Shown: piece after piece, positions 34,119-45,103 of the stretch
Layout: each line of letters starts with the position of its first letter
How positions within the stretch are numbered: the stretch's first letter is position 1
NCBI GenBank assembly: GCA_964291415.2
Contig: OZ219920.1
Coordinates: 1,216,001 to 1,280,000, forward strand
DNA length: 64,000 nucleotides
Reading direction: 5' to 3'
From: Alphaproteobacteria bacterium
GTDB taxonomy: Bacteria; Pseudomonadota; Alphaproteobacteria; SP197
Position numbers and translations under genes: made by a program
The notes under the pieces: generated by a model
What the model saw: the letters and a program-made list of their open reading frames with translations, nothing else
Databases searched by the model: none
Told to the model about the DNA's origin: nothing

Positions 34119-34730
34119 ATGGCAGCTCTGACCGAAGGCAACCCTGCCCTCATCATTGTCGACATCATGGGAACAGGACGGCCCGAAGACGATGACGGCG
34201 GCATTCCCAGCATGGGTGGAGAGGAGGAGCGCGTTGATCGCGTGATTCCGCTCATCGAGGCTGCGCGTGCCAGCAACATACCTGTCATCTACATCATCGA
34301 GGTGCACCGGCCCGATCACGTGGATTTCGGACGCGAGCTTGACGGCGACGAGGGAGTACACTGCGTCGAGGGACATCCGGGCACGCGCATTCACGTTCGT
34401 CTGCCCTATCGCGAAGGTGTGGACTACCTGATCCCGAAACGTCGCTATTCCGCCTTCTTCGGAACCGACTTCGAGATTCTGCTGAAGGGACTGAAAGTCG
34501 ATACGCTCTTCCTGTGCGGTGGCCTGACCGATGTCTGTGTTCACTACACCTTCGTCGATGCACACCAGCACGACTATCATGCCCACGTTGTCGAGGACTG
34601 CGTCGGCGGGTCCAGTTTCGAGGCTCACAACGCCTCGCTCAGGGCCATGGAGTATCTCCAGCACGGTGCAAGGTGCAGCAGCCACGATGTCATTGCTGCC
34701 TTCCGGGAGCGTCAGCGCAAGGCCGCCTGA
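34119..34730 (+). CDS. Isochorismatase-family cysteine hydrolase
   Basis: Triad ALIIVD / KRRYSAF / TDVCV. RBS GGAGG. Confidence 0.9.
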   Translation: MAALTEGNPALIIVDIMGTGRPEDDDGGIPSMGGEEERVDRVIPLIEAARASNIPVIYIIEVHRPDHVDFGRELDGDEGVHCVEGHPGTRIHVRLPYREGVDYLIPKRRYSAFFGTDFEILLKGLKVDTLFLCGGLTDVCVHYTFVDAHQHDYHAHVVEDCVGGSSFEAHNASLRAMEYLQHGARCSSHDVIAAFRERQRKAA

Positions 34731-34758
34731 ACACCAGTTGATCGGGTGAAACGGGACC

Positions 34759-36717
34759 ATGGCGGACCGTTTCCCTAACCTCTTTTCCCCTCTTGACGTC
34801 GGGCCGCGGAGGTTTCGCAACCGCATCTTCTCGACCGGTCACATGACCTGTCTGCTCGATGCGGACATGCTTCCTGACGAGCGTTTTGTCGCCTATCATG
34901 AAGCCCGCGCACGAGGTGGCGCAGGCCTCGTCATCACCGAATCGGCAAGGGTCCACGCCAGCGGCGGCTGGCGCAATCTCGATGCCTCCAGAGACGCCTG
35001 CATCGCGCCCTACCGGCATACCGCCAATGCCGTCCATCGCCACGGGTGCATGATCTTCGGCCAGCTCGGTCATCCCGGCGCCTATGGCGTGACAACGCCC
35101 GACGGCAGTCACGGCGTCGCGCTCGGCCCCTCCCAGGTGAAAGCACAGCGCTCCCACACCATCGCTCGCGCCCTGTCGCTCACCATGATCGGCGAACTCG
35201 TCACCGCATACGGAGCGGCTGCCGGCCGCATGAAGAAGGCCGGTCTGGACGGAGTCGAGATCCTCGCCAGCCATAACCTGCTCCCGGCGCAATTCCTCAA
35301 TCCGGCCATGAACAGACGCCAGGACGCCTATGGCGGATCGCTGGCGAACCGCATGCGATTCCTCGAAGAAATCATCGCCTGCGTACGCGACCATGCAGGC
35401 CCGTCGATGGTCGTCGGCATGCGGATCTCCGGCGACGAGATGGAAACCGAAGGAAACGACCCCGAAGAACTGCTCGAGGTGTGCCGGCGGCTCGGCAACG
35501 GGAGCGCTCTCGACTACATCAACGTCATCGCCGGTTCCATGACGGGTCTCAGGGGATCGATCCACGTGGTGCCGCCGATGAACGTCGAAAACGCCTACCT
35601 GGCACCGTTGGCCGCCACCGTGAAGCAGCTGGTGTCGATACCGGTGTTTGTCGCCGGCAGGATCAATCAGCCCCAGGATGCCGAAACCATCGTCGCCACC
35701 GGACAGGCCGACATGACGGGGATGACCCGGGCCCAGATTGCCGATCCCGACATGGCCAACAAGGCGAGGGCCGGGCGCATCGACGACATCCGTGCATGCA
35801 TTGCCTGCAATCAGGCCTGTATCGGACACATGCAGTCCGGCCATGGCATCTCCTGCATCCAGCACCCGGAAACCGGCCGGGAACTGCAATACGCTGACAA
35901 GTCTCCGGCCAGGATGCCGGGGACCGTGATCGTGGCAGGCGGCGGACCGGCGGGCATGAAGGCTGCAGCGGTTGCCGCGGAACGCGGCCACCGGGTCATT
36001 CTTGCCGAACAGACACGCCGCCTGGGAGGCCAGGTTCTGCTGGCCCAGGAACTGCCCGGACGCGCCGAATTCGGCGGCATCGTGACCAATCTTCAACGGG
36101 AGATGGCATGCCACGCAGTCGAGGTGAAACTGGGCACCAGGGTGACACGGCAGATGCTCGAGGACTGGGGCGCCGACTCCGTGATCGTGGCGACCGGCGC
36201 AAGGCCGCTCATTCCTGACATCGAGAACGATGGCCAGACCATGCTTGTAGACGCCTGGCAGGTCATTCGTGGCGAGGTTTCAGTCGGTTCCCGCGTCGTG
36301 ATCGCCGATTGGCGCTGCGACTGGACGGGCCTGGGCCTGGCCGAGAAACTCGCACGGGAGGGATGCCGCGTGACACTGGCGGTCAATGGCACGATGCCTG
36401 GTCAGATGATCCAGATGTACGTGCGCGACCGCTGGGCAGGTGAACTCAACCGTCTTGGCGTCGATATCGTCCCCTACGTTCGTCTCGTTGGCGCAGACTC
36501 CTCGGGCACCTGGCTGCAGCATGTTACCTCGGGCGAGGTCATTCTCATTGAATCCGTCGACACCGTGATCGCGGCAGTCGGTCACATGCCCGATACCACG
36601 CTTGCCGAAGAGCTTGCCGACTGGTCCGGAACATGCCTCGAGATTGGTGACTGCCTCAGCCCCAGAACCTGCGAGGAAGCAGTCCTCGAAGGCATGAAGG
36701 CGGGGTGTTCCGTATAG
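34759..36717 (+). CDS. NADH:flavin oxidoreductase with Fe-S and FAD domains (OYE / DgcA / FadH-like)
   Basis: NRIFSTGH, ARARGGAGL, YGGSLANRMRF, CIACNQAC and GGGPAG. Confidence 0.88.
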   Translation: MADRFPNLFSPLDVGPRRFRNRIFSTGHMTCLLDADMLPDERFVAYHEARARGGAGLVITESARVHASGGWRNLDASRDACIAPYRHTANAVHRHGCMIFGQLGHPGAYGVTTPDGSHGVALGPSQVKAQRSHTIARALSLTMIGELVTAYGAAAGRMKKAGLDGVEILASHNLLPAQFLNPAMNRRQDAYGGSLANRMRFLEEIIACVRDHAGPSMVVGMRISGDEMETEGNDPEELLEVCRRLGNGSALDYINVIAGSMTGLRGSIHVVPPMNVENAYLAPLAATVKQLVSIPVFVAGRINQPQDAETIVATGQADMTGMTRAQIADPDMANKARAGRIDDIRACIACNQACIGHMQSGHGISCIQHPETGRELQYADKSPARMPGTVIVAGGGPAGMKAAAVAAERGHRVILAEQTRRLGGQVLLAQELPGRAEFGGIVTNLQREMACHAVEVKLGTRVTRQMLEDWGADSVIVATGARPLIPDIENDGQTMLVDAWQVIRGEVSVGSRVVIADWRCDWTGLGLAEKLAREGCRVTLAVNGTMPGQMIQMYVRDRWAGELNRLGVDIVPYVRLVGADSSGTWLQHVTSGEVILIESVDTVIAAVGHMPDTTLAEELADWSGTCLEIGDCLSPRTCEEAVLEGMKAGCSV

Positions 36718-36720
36718 GAG

Positions 36721-37491
36721 TCACGTCACCCTGCGCCAGGGCGCAAACCAGCCAAGGCCCTCCTGCGTGGTTCCGGCAGGTGTGTACTCCGCCCCCACCC
36801 AACCCCTGTATCCGCTGCGATCGATCAGATCGAAAATCCAGTCGTGATTGATTTCACCGGTGCCCGGTTCATGACGGCCCGGGTTGTCCGAGATCTGGAC
36901 ATGCCCGATCAGGGGCAGCTGTTCCGTGAAGTGCCGGGAGAGATCTCCCTCGGTGACCTGACAGTGGTAGAAATCGAACTGGATTCTGACGTTCTCCCGG
37001 TTCACGGCCTTGACCACGCGTCGCGCCTGGTCCTGACGCGTCAGGATGTATCCCGGAACGTCGCGCCCATTGATCGGTTCGATGAGCAGCGTGACGCCCA
37101 GAGAGGAGGCTTCGGCGGATGCCCGGCGAAGGTTGTTGACGAGCACCTCTTCACAGGCCTCAAGGGCAGTCGCCGGCGGAAGGACTCCGGAGAGTACGTG
37201 GACACGACCGGTGCCGGTCACGGCGGCATAATCGAGCGCCACCTTCAGGTTTGCGCCGAATTCGCTCTCGGAACCCGGAAGACCTGCCAGTCCCGCCTCG
37301 CCACCAGGCGCGTTGACGAGCACCAGATCGAGACCATGTTCCTTCAGCGTCCTGGCAACCGTTGCGGCCGGAAGGTCATAGGGTTCCTGGATCTCGACGG
37401 CCTCGAATCCCGCGTCGGCGGCCAGCGCGAACCGCTCCCGAAGAGGCACTTCCGTGAACATGGTGGAAAGGTTGGCGGCAAAGCGCGGCAT
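36721..37491 (-). CDS. Hydroxypyruvate isomerase family (Hyi/OtnI) TIM-barrel protein
   Basis: [35 protein letters not shown] and GAEY. Confidence 0.9.
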   Translation of the reverse strand: MPRFAANLSTMFTEVPLRERFALAADAGFEAVEIQEPYDLPAATVARTLKEHGLDLVLVNAPGGEAGLAGLPGSESEFGANLKVALDYAAVTGTGRVHVLSGVLPPATALEACEEVLVNNLRRASAEASSLGVTLLIEPINGRDVPGYILTRQDQARRVVKAVNRENVRIQFDFYHCQVTEGDLSRHFTEQLPLIGHVQISDNPGRHEPGTGEINHDWIFDLIDRSGYRGWVGAEYTPAGTTQEGLGWFAPWRRVT

Positions 37492-37662
37492 GGAGACGAA
37501 CCCGGGAGGCGGCATCATTCAGAACTTATGGTGCCGGGGTCTCGTTGGGAAGCAGGACGAATTCTCCCGGCTCGCCGTTTCGTTGGACAGGCCAGGAGCC
37601 ATCCTGTAACGCTTGCCCCGGCACCCGGCGGATGCCAGTCACGACATTGGGGAGGCAGGGTC

Positions 37663-38430
37663 TTGGACAGGCCGGATATCGCCTTCGTTGCATCAACCGA
37701 TACCAAGGCACAACGGGCACGTGACGAGCTTGTCACTCTTTACGGTTGCTCGGATGTTGACGATGCCAAGGTCATCGTTGCCCTGGGTGGCGACGGATTC
37801 ATGCTCGAGACCCTGCACCGTTATCTCGACAGGGATGTGGGGGTCTATGGAATGAACACGGGTTCCATCGGCTTCCTGATGAACACTCTTGCGAGCGGAG
37901 ATCTGATCGAACGGCTCGAAGCCGCCAGGACGACGATTCTGAAGCCTCTCTCCATGACCGCCATCGATGTCGGGGGAGTTCGCCACGAGGCTGTGGCCAT
38001 CAACGAGGTCTCGCTGTTTCGCGAGACAAGCCAGACTGCGAAGATCCGAATTCGCATCGATGACGTCGTGCGCATGGACGAACTGATGTGCGATGGCGTC
38101 ATGGTCGCCACCGCCGCCGGCAGCACCGCCTACAATCTCTCCGCCCACGGACCGATCCTGCCCATCGGATCTCACACGCTGGCCCTGACGCCGATCAGCG
38201 CCTTCCGCCCACGTCGCTGGAGGGGCGCCATCCTGCCGGACGACTCCGGTGTCGGCTTCGAGGTTCTCGATCATATCAAGCGGCCGGTCAGTGCGGTTGC
38301 GGATTCCGCGGAGGTTCGCGATGTCGTGAAGGTTGACGTGATACCGGACAGGAAACGTTCCGTGCGGCTACTGTTCGATCCCGAACACAATCTCGAGGAA
38401 CGTATTCTCAAGGAGCAGTTCATCACATGA
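37663..38430 (+). CDS. nadK: NAD kinase
   Basis: [21 protein letters not shown] and [24 protein letters not shown] start inferred after GGAGG. The upstream part of the track ORF is antisense to hyi and spurious. Confidence 0.93.
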   Translation: MDRPDIAFVASTDTKAQRARDELVTLYGCSDVDDAKVIVALGGDGFMLETLHRYLDRDVGVYGMNTGSIGFLMNTLASGDLIERLEAARTTILKPLSMTAIDVGGVRHEAVAINEVSLFRETSQTAKIRIRIDDVVRMDELMCDGVMVATAAGSTAYNLSAHGPILPIGSHTLALTPISAFRPRRWRGAILPDDSGVGFEVLDHIKRPVSAVADSAEVRDVVKVDVIPDRKRSVRLLFDPEHNLEERILKEQFIT

Positions 38431-39386
38431 ACGACGGCACCGACGCCAACCTTGGAGTCCATCTTCTACCCTGTGACATTTCGGCCTATCGCAAGGGCAA
38501 CACCGGCATCGACTACGTCACCACCTTCGACAGCGGTCTTCCCGGCCCTCACGTCATGGTGAATGCGCTGACCCACGGCAACGAGCTGTGTGGCGCCCAC
38601 GCACTGGCATACCTGTTCGAGAACGACGTGCGACCGGTCCGGGGCCGGCTCACCCTGAGCTTTGCCAATGTCGCGGCCTACGAGTCATTCGATGCCGCCA
38701 ATCCCTATGCATCCCGTTTCATCGACGAGGACTTCAACCGGCTGTGGGATCAGAGCACCCTGGATGGTCCACGAACGAGTTGTGAACTCATCCGTGCCCG
38801 TGCCATGCGCGAAGTGTTCGCAGCCGCCGATCATCTTCTCGATATCCACTCGGTCGATCTCCCGCAACCCGCCATGTTGCTGGCCGGCGGGAAAGCGAAG
38901 GGCCGCGCCCTGGCGGCGGCCATCGGCAAACCGCGCCATGTCGTCATGGACCGCGGTCATGATGCCGGAAAGAGAGTGCGGGACTTTGCCGCATTCGACG
39001 ACGCGGAGAGCCCGAAGAGCGCCTGTCTTGTGGAGTGCGGCTATCACTTCCACACCCAGGCGACGGAGATCGCCATTCAGACGTCACTGCGTTTTCTCCG
39101 ACACTTTGGCATTGTCTCGGATGGCTTTGCCAACTCCCGCCTGCCTCAGGAGGAGGATGAACCGCAGCTCTTTGTCGAGGTGACCGATCCTGTCACCATC
39201 GAAACCGACGACTTCCGGTTCGTGCGCACCTTCCAGGGATTCGAGGTCATCCCTGAAGAGGCAACGCTGATCGCCCATGACGGCAGCCGCCCCATTCACA
39301 CTCCCTACCCTGACTGCGTTCTGGTCATGCCGGCCCGCGAACCCCTGCCCGGCAAGACCGCCGTGCGTCTCGGCCGGTTCGTGTAG
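38427..39386 (+). CDS. Succinylglutamate desuccinylase/aspartoacylase (M14) family protein
   Basis: THGNE, DFNRLW, LDIHS and VECG. ATGA overlap with nadK. Confidence 0.88.
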   Translation: MNDGTDANLGVHLLPCDISAYRKGNTGIDYVTTFDSGLPGPHVMVNALTHGNELCGAHALAYLFENDVRPVRGRLTLSFANVAAYESFDAANPYASRFIDEDFNRLWDQSTLDGPRTSCELIRARAMREVFAAADHLLDIHSVDLPQPAMLLAGGKAKGRALAAAIGKPRHVVMDRGHDAGKRVRDFAAFDDAESPKSACLVECGYHFHTQATEIAIQTSLRFLRHFGIVSDGFANSRLPQEEDEPQLFVEVTDPVTIETDDFRFVRTFQGFEVIPEEATLIAHDGSRPIHTPYPDCVLVMPAREPLPGKTAVRLGRFV

Positions 39387-39391
39387 GCGTC

Positions 39392-39670
39392 CTATCCTCC
39401 ACCCTTGTGGTAGACGCGGTCAAAGTGCGCCAGGAATGCGGCGACCTCGGATCCATCCATGCCACTGAACGCCAGTTCCACCCGGCATCGCTCAAGAACG
39501 AGTCCGGCAATGCGGCGCGGTTCGAGAATCCGGGTTGTGATGACAATTCCCTTGTCAGCCTCTCCAATGCGCACGCGTCCTTCTTCCGTGACGCAGGCCA
39601 TGTCCCGGGTCAGCCGTGGAAGCAGGCGATGAAACTCAACAGGAGTGATCGCCATGTCCTTTGCGACCAC
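39392..39670 (-). CDS. Small hypothetical protein of the type found after moaD in aor loci (AorE-like)
   Basis: DMAITPVEFHRLLP...FLAHFDRVYHKGGG directly downstream of moaD. Start uncertain. Confidence 0.6.
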   Translation of the reverse strand: MVAKDMAITPVEFHRLLPRLTRDMACVTEEGRVRIGEADKGIVITTRILEPRRIAGLVLERCRVELAFSGMDGSEVAAFLAHFDRVYHKGGG

Positions 39671-39683
39671 TCCTTGTGTCCCA

Positions 39684-39935
39684 TTACCCACCGGCGACTG
39701 GAGGCCAGGCGGCCAGGGTATCACCGTCCATGAGGACCCGCGTGTCGCGTGCCGACGGTGGCACAAAGAAGCCGTTGACCAGAACGAGGTGACACATCTG
39801 ACGTGGAACGGCGCACCGGTCGAGGACCGCACCGATAGTGGTGCCCTCGTCGAGTTCGAGTGGAACCGCATTTTTGTACGCGTCGTCCGGTAGATAGGGT
39901 GCCAAAGACGCAAAGAGCTTGAAGGTGATCTGCAT
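39684..39935 (-). CDS. MoaD/ThiS sulfur-carrier protein
   Basis: 83 aa, KLFASL...LVLVNG...WPPVAGG with C-terminal GG. Confidence 0.9.
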   Translation of the reverse strand: MQITFKLFASLAPYLPDDAYKNAVPLELDEGTTIGAVLDRCAVPRQMCHLVLVNGFFVPPSARDTRVLMDGDTLAAWPPVAGG

Positions 39936-40065
39936 GCTTCTCCAGGCAGGCCAGCCGCGGCGACAGAGTGTGCCGCTTCTCGGGTGTTTCGACAAGCAGT
40001 GACGGCTCTGCATTGCCCGTCGAACGGCCATCCACTAGCATCGGGCCAACCGGATGGAGGATGAG

Positions 40066-40917
40066 ATGGGGATCGTCACTGACGTCATTCTTCCGATTGC
40101 TCTGGCGTTCATCATGTTTTCGCTGGGCCTGGGTCTCACCGTCAATGATTTCGCACGAGTGGTGAAGCGACCGAAGGATTTCTTCGTTGGCGCCGTCTCG
40201 CAGATCGTTCTCCTGCCGCTGGTCGCCCTGATCCTGGTCAGCCTGTGGCCGCTGTCGCCGGAACTTGCGCTTGGCGTCATGATCATCGCCGCCGCTCCAG
40301 GCGGGGTCACATCCAATCTTCTGACATCCTTCGCTCGCGGTGACGTGGCCCTGTCGATTTCACTCACTGCCATCATCAGCCTTGTCAGTGTGATCACCAT
40401 TCCGCTGGTCGTGGTCATGTCCTACCAGTATCTCATTGGTTCCGATGATCCTGGCGACATCTCGGTCGCCGAAACGGCTTTCAGCGTGTTTGTCATCGTG
40501 ACCGTTCCCGTGTTGCTCGGTGTAGCCTTGCGTCACTTTGCCTCGGGTCTGGCGCTGGCTGCGGAACCGTGGTCGCGACGTATCTCGACGGTCCTCTTCG
40601 TTCTGGTCCTGGCCGGAGCCATCTTCCAGGAACGTGACAACATCGCTCCCTATTTCGCGGATGCCGGCCTTGTCACTCTGGTGCTCAACGTGGTCATGAT
40701 GGCGCTCGCCTACGGCCTTGCCACGGCCCTGGCATCGGGGAAGGCGCAAAGGGTCGCCATTTCGATCGAGTGCGGCCTGCAGAACGGCACGCTTGCCATC
40801 ACGGTTGCCGTGCTGCTGTTTGGCGCCGGGCCCGTCGTCATTCCGGCGGCGACCTACAGTCTCATCATGTTCGCCACCTCACTGCTGTTCATCGCTTTCC
40901 TGCGGCGGTCACCTTGA
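40066..40917 (+). CDS. Bile acid:sodium symporter family protein
   Basis: IMFSLGL, PGGVTSN, GDVALSISLT and SIECGLQN. Confidence 0.92.
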   Translation: MGIVTDVILPIALAFIMFSLGLGLTVNDFARVVKRPKDFFVGAVSQIVLLPLVALILVSLWPLSPELALGVMIIAAAPGGVTSNLLTSFARGDVALSISLTAIISLVSVITIPLVVVMSYQYLIGSDDPGDISVAETAFSVFVIVTVPVLLGVALRHFASGLALAAEPWSRRISTVLFVLVLAGAIFQERDNIAPYFADAGLVTLVLNVVMMALAYGLATALASGKAQRVAISIECGLQNGTLAITVAVLLFGAGPVVIPAATYSLIMFATSLLFIAFLRRSP

Positions 40918-40953
40918 CCGCGGCACCGCACGCCCCTTAAGGAACAGTTCTCC

Positions 40954-41040
40954 GGATGGGTGGCCGAGTGGTTGAAGGCACCGGTCTTGAAAACCGGCAG
41001 GCGTCAAAGCGTCTCGTGGGTTCGAATCCCACCCCATCCG
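40954..41040 (+). tRNA. tRNA-Ser (TGA)
   Basis: GGATGGG acceptor stem paired with CCCATCC-G, D-loop TGGCCGAGTGG, anticodon loop CT-TGA-AA, long variable arm, GTTCGAATC T-loop. Confidence 0.96.
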
Positions 41041-41343
41041 CCGCTTCCCGGTTGCGTGGCGACGGTCCAGGAACATCGTCTGCCTCTTGTCATTGAGGGC
41101 ATGAGACTGTTCCGCCAGGGATCGGCGTGTGGCATCGAGAAAGGCAACCGCTCATCGAGACCGCCACAGGCGATGAATCCGACCACCGCGAACTGCGACC
41201 TCAACCAAACGCCGACTGCCGGTGGAATGGGCTGAAGGTTCAGTTCTGGAAGTTTGACCGGTTCCCAAGGCTTGTTGACGGCCGCCTTGCGAACTCGAGG
41301 AATTCGGAGAACCATATGGGAGAGCTTGCGAAGGGAGGCGGCC

Positions 41344-41853
41344 TTGGTCGAGGTGGTGCACCGGATCATCGAGGACAGCGGAGACATCCCCAACAATCCC
41401 AGACTTCCCCTGATCCTCTACAGGAACGCGCTGACGTTCACGACGGACAATCCCGACGATGATGTCCAGCGCGCTTTCCATGCGAACGGCTGGGGCAACG
41501 GATGGAAGGGCCAGGCGATCTTTTCCTATCACCACTACCACGCCGAAGCCCACGAGGTGGTGGGAATTGCCCGGGGCAGCGCGGTCGTGCAGTTCGGTGG
41601 GCCCGACGGTCCCGTCTTTTCAGTCAAGGCGGGCGATGTGGCGCTCATTCCCGCCGGCGTCGGCCACTGCCGACTCGATGACGAACCGGGCCTCTCGGTG
41701 GTCGGCGCCTATCCACCGGATCAGAACCCGGACCTCAGACGCGAGGGCGAATCTGCGGGGGAAGCCATGCGCGAGGCCGTGCGTAACGTTCCGCTGCCTG
41801 CAACCGATCCCGTGACCGGCGCCGACGGAGCATTGCTTGATCTCTGGCACTGA
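41344..41853 (+). CDS. Cupin domain protein (YjlB-like)
   Basis: IPNNPRLPL, YHHYHAEAHEV, IPAGVGH, VVGAYP and PATDPV. TTG start inferred after GGGAGG. Confidence 0.88.
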   Translation: MVEVVHRIIEDSGDIPNNPRLPLILYRNALTFTTDNPDDDVQRAFHANGWGNGWKGQAIFSYHHYHAEAHEVVGIARGSAVVQFGGPDGPVFSVKAGDVALIPAGVGHCRLDDEPGLSVVGAYPPDQNPDLRREGESAGEAMREAVRNVPLPATDPVTGADGALLDLWH

Positions 41854-42108
41854 GAGTGCCGATCCGTTCATCCAGGGAAACCGCGGCTCGGTTGTCGACG
41901 ACGCCGACAACTGATACCGCCGGGTGAGGCAGGGGCTGCACGGTTGTCGGGATCGACTGTGAGCAAGTCATCCTTCGTCCAACGCTTTCCACGGGTTTCT
42001 TCAGGTGGCCCCTTGACCCCTTCCACGCCTTTCGGGCCCTGCCCCGATGACAATTTGTCCGCTGCGCAGCCTGCGTCATACTGACGGGAAGCAACAACGA
42101 GACCACGA

Positions 42109-42981
42109 ATGACTGTCGCCGCCGAATTGCCGGTCATCAAGCATCCGGTCGCACTCCCGGGGTTTGAGGTCACGGAATCGACGGTTTCCGAGGAAGCCAT
42201 CCAGGCCTATGAGCGGGATGGCGTCGTCTGGCTCCGGAGTGTCTATTCCCGGGACTGGGTGGACCTCCTGGCCGAAGGCATGGAAGTCTCGGTCGCGAAT
42301 GCGGGCGACAACACAGATGCGTTCAACATCGCTGCGCCGGGCGAACCCGGCTTCTTCTACTACGACACATTCATGTGGCGGCGCATCGAGCAGTTCCGGA
42401 GATTCTGCCTGGAGTCGCACGCACCTGACATCGCCATGCAGGTCATGCGTTCGAAGACACTGATCTTCTACTTCGACTTCATGCTGTTGAAGGAGCCGGG
42501 CACCAGCCGCAAGACACCCTGGCACTATGACGAGGCCTACTGGCCGGTCGCCGGCGAACAGATATGCAATCAGTGGATCGCGATCGACCGGATTCCGGTC
42601 GAGACGGCGTTGCGGTTCGTTCGCGGCTCTCACTTGATGCGCGACCAACGCTATCGCTCGGTTCACTTCGATCCTGACGACGCCTATGCCCGACCCGAAG
42701 ACCTGCCCGCGCCGCCCGACTGGGACTGCATCGAAGGTGATCACGAGATTGTTTACGCCCCCATGGATCCCGGAGACTGCCTCGTCTTTCACAGCAGGAC
42801 CCATCACAGCGCGCCCGGCAACCTCGCCACGGCGAACCGTCGCCGTGCGCTGGCAACCCACTGGATCGGCGACGACATCACCTACAACGACAAGCCCATC
42901 GAAACCGACCCGCCTCAGCGAGGAGAGGGCCTTGTTCATGGCGGCTCAATGGAGTGTGCGCTCTTTCCGCGGGTGCGGTGA
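42109..42981 (+). CDS. Phytanoyl-CoA dioxygenase family (Fe/2OG) protein
   Basis: YERDG, KEPG..TPWHYD (HxD), FVRGSH, PGDCLVFH..THH and RRA. Confidence 0.9.
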   Translation: MTVAAELPVIKHPVALPGFEVTESTVSEEAIQAYERDGVVWLRSVYSRDWVDLLAEGMEVSVANAGDNTDAFNIAAPGEPGFFYYDTFMWRRIEQFRRFCLESHAPDIAMQVMRSKTLIFYFDFMLLKEPGTSRKTPWHYDEAYWPVAGEQICNQWIAIDRIPVETALRFVRGSHLMRDQRYRSVHFDPDDAYARPEDLPAPPDWDCIEGDHEIVYAPMDPGDCLVFHSRTHHSAPGNLATANRRRALATHWIGDDITYNDKPIETDPPQRGEGLVHGGSMECALFPRVR

Positions 42982-43183
42982 CATCTCCACTTGACGAGAA
43001 CAGAGAGACGCCAGCCCGCGACGGAGTAGACCGAGAGAGACGACATACTGCACACCGCGCACGGCAATGGCGCGGTCTTCAGGGACGTGTTTCCCGGATA
43101 CAGGATGGGTCAGGTAACGCACGTGATTCGGGTCGAGACCTGTCGGAATTCGCCGGGAGCCGGAAGTCCGGATCCCGGAATCG

Positions 43184-43217
43184 GGCGGCCCCTTCCCGAG
43201 ATCAGGAAGGGGCCGCC
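43184..43217 (-). terminator. Strong hairpin downstream of aorB
   Basis: GGCGGCCCCTTCC-8 nt-GGAAGGGGCCGCC, a perfect 13-bp stem 23 bp past the AOR stop, between convergent genes. Confidence 0.65.
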
Positions 43218-43240
43218 TGGTTCAGCCGATTGTCGGCAGT

Positions 43241-45088
43241 CTACAACCCGAGGCGCGCAATGGTCTCGTTGCTCGGGACACCGTCCGGCGTCCAGCCGCG
43301 AACCTCATAGTACTCGGGCAGCATGGTCTCAAGGCCATTGACCTTCCCTTCGGCGGGACCGGTCTTCGCCGCATCCTTGAGGAGGCGTGGCGGCAGATTG
43401 TCATCGGCACCAGTGAAGCCGGCGGCAATGTTGAACTGCCGCTCGAGGTTCCAGATCCTCTCACCTGTCTCGAGAAGACGTTCTGCAGTCCACTCTCCCT
43501 CACAGGCCGCATCCACCTGTGGCGCGAAGTCCTCGAGGGTCCATGCGAATGTCGTAAAGACACACATGCCGGTCGAGTCGACCGCCGCCGTGGCGTCCTG
43601 GAAGGCCCGCACCAGACCGGCCTTGCCATCCGGCACCAGCGGATCGGTCTTCTCGGGGATGCCGAGAATCTCCGATGCCACCGTGTAGCTCCTGAGATGA
43701 CAGGCGCCGCGGTTGGAGGTGGCATAGGTCAGTCCCATGCCCTGGATGCCGCGGCTGTCATAGGCCGGGAACTCCTGGCCCTTGACCGACATCGAGAGTT
43801 CGGGCCGGCCGTGCTTCTCGCACAGCAGCTTCGAACCCAGGCCGATCTCGGCACCGAAGCCCTCGCCCTTGCCGGTCAGTTCCGCAACCTTGCACAGCGC
43901 CTCGGCATTGCCGAAGTTGAGTTCGATACCGCCGGTGTCATCGGTGCTGATCACACCTTCCTCGAACAGTTCCATGGCCGAACCGACGGTGGCGCCGAAC
44001 GAAATCGGATCGAGCCCCTGCTCGTTGCAGATGAAGTTGGCGAACGTGAGCGCCTCCAGATCGTCTACGCCGGTGGCCGCGCCCAACGCCCAGGCCGCCT
44101 CGTACTCGAGACCACCCGAGATGATCTGGTATTCGGGCCGCTCGGCAACCGAGAAGTGAGTCCGGTCGATCTCGGAGACCCGGCCACAGGCAATGGTGCA
44201 GCCGAAGCAGGCCGCATTGGTGACAAGGTTCTTCTTGCCGTCCGTCTCCCGTACCTCGGCCATGGCCTCCGCGGAGATGTTGTTGGCGCCCTCGAACTGG
44301 ACATCACGGTGATTACGCGTCGGCAGTGCGCCAGTCTCGTTGATGACGTTCATGAGAACCTGCGTTCCCATGGCGGGCAGCCCCTGGCCGGTGACCGGAT
44401 TGTCGGCAAGGACCTTCTTGGCCGCCGCGGTCGCGTCCATGAAGCGGCGGGGATCCTTGACGCTGACGCCCAGCGTGCCGCGGATGGCCACCGCCTTGAG
44501 GTTCTTGGACCCCATCACCGTGCCCACGCCCGAACGACCTGCCGCCCGGTGCATGTCATTCACGACGCAGGCGTACTTGACGCCGTTTTCGCCCGAGACA
44601 CCGATCGATGCGACCCGGATCAGCGGATCGCCATGGTCGTGCTTGATGGCTTCTTCGGTATCCCAGACCGATGTCCCCCAGTGCTTCGACGCGTCGATGA
44701 GACGGACATTCCCGTCAAGCACCAGGAGGTAGACCGGTGACGGCGACCTGCCTTCGAAAATGATCATGTCCCAGCCGGCATTCTTCATCTCGTTGCCGAA
44801 GAATCCGCCTGAATTGGAACAGGCGATGGCGCCCGTCAGGGCTCCCTTGGTCACCACGGAATAGCGTCCCGCCGTCGATGCGCAGGTCCCCGTCAGGGGG
44901 CCTGTCGTCATGATGAGCTTGTTTTCCGGTGACAGGGGGTCGACCTTGGGATCGATTTCCTCGGAGAGATACTTGGTCGCGAGACCGCGCTGGCCGAGAT
45001 AGGCCTGCGCCCACTCCATGTTGAGAGGCTCACTCTCGCAGGTGCCTTCAGAAAGGTTGACCCGCAGTAATTTTCCAGCCCATGCCAT
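43241..45088 (-). CDS. aorB: Aldehyde:ferredoxin oxidoreductase (tungstopterin family), catalytic subunit
   Basis: RAAGRSGVGTVMGSKNLKA, CFGCTIACG, GLEYE, SNRGACH and YYEVRGW. Confidence 0.93.
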   Translation of the reverse strand: MAWAGKLLRVNLSEGTCESEPLNMEWAQAYLGQRGLATKYLSEEIDPKVDPLSPENKLIMTTGPLTGTCASTAGRYSVVTKGALTGAIACSNSGGFFGNEMKNAGWDMIIFEGRSPSPVYLLVLDGNVRLIDASKHWGTSVWDTEEAIKHDHGDPLIRVASIGVSGENGVKYACVVNDMHRAAGRSGVGTVMGSKNLKAVAIRGTLGVSVKDPRRFMDATAAAKKVLADNPVTGQGLPAMGTQVLMNVINETGALPTRNHRDVQFEGANNISAEAMAEVRETDGKKNLVTNAACFGCTIACGRVSEIDRTHFSVAERPEYQIISGGLEYEAAWALGAATGVDDLEALTFANFICNEQGLDPISFGATVGSAMELFEEGVISTDDTGGIELNFGNAEALCKVAELTGKGEGFGAEIGLGSKLLCEKHGRPELSMSVKGQEFPAYDSRGIQGMGLTYATSNRGACHLRSYTVASEILGIPEKTDPLVPDGKAGLVRAFQDATAAVDSTGMCVFTTFAWTLEDFAPQVDAACEGEWTAERLLETGERIWNLERQFNIAAGFTGADDNLPPRLLKDAAKTGPAEGKVNGLETMLPEYYEVRGWTPDGVPSNETIARLGL

Positions 45089-45103
45089 TGTGCGTTCCCT
45101 CCC

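Noticed and set aside
40960-41235. ORF beginning MAEWLKAPVLKTG
   Set aside because: It is a translation of the tRNA-Ser gene.
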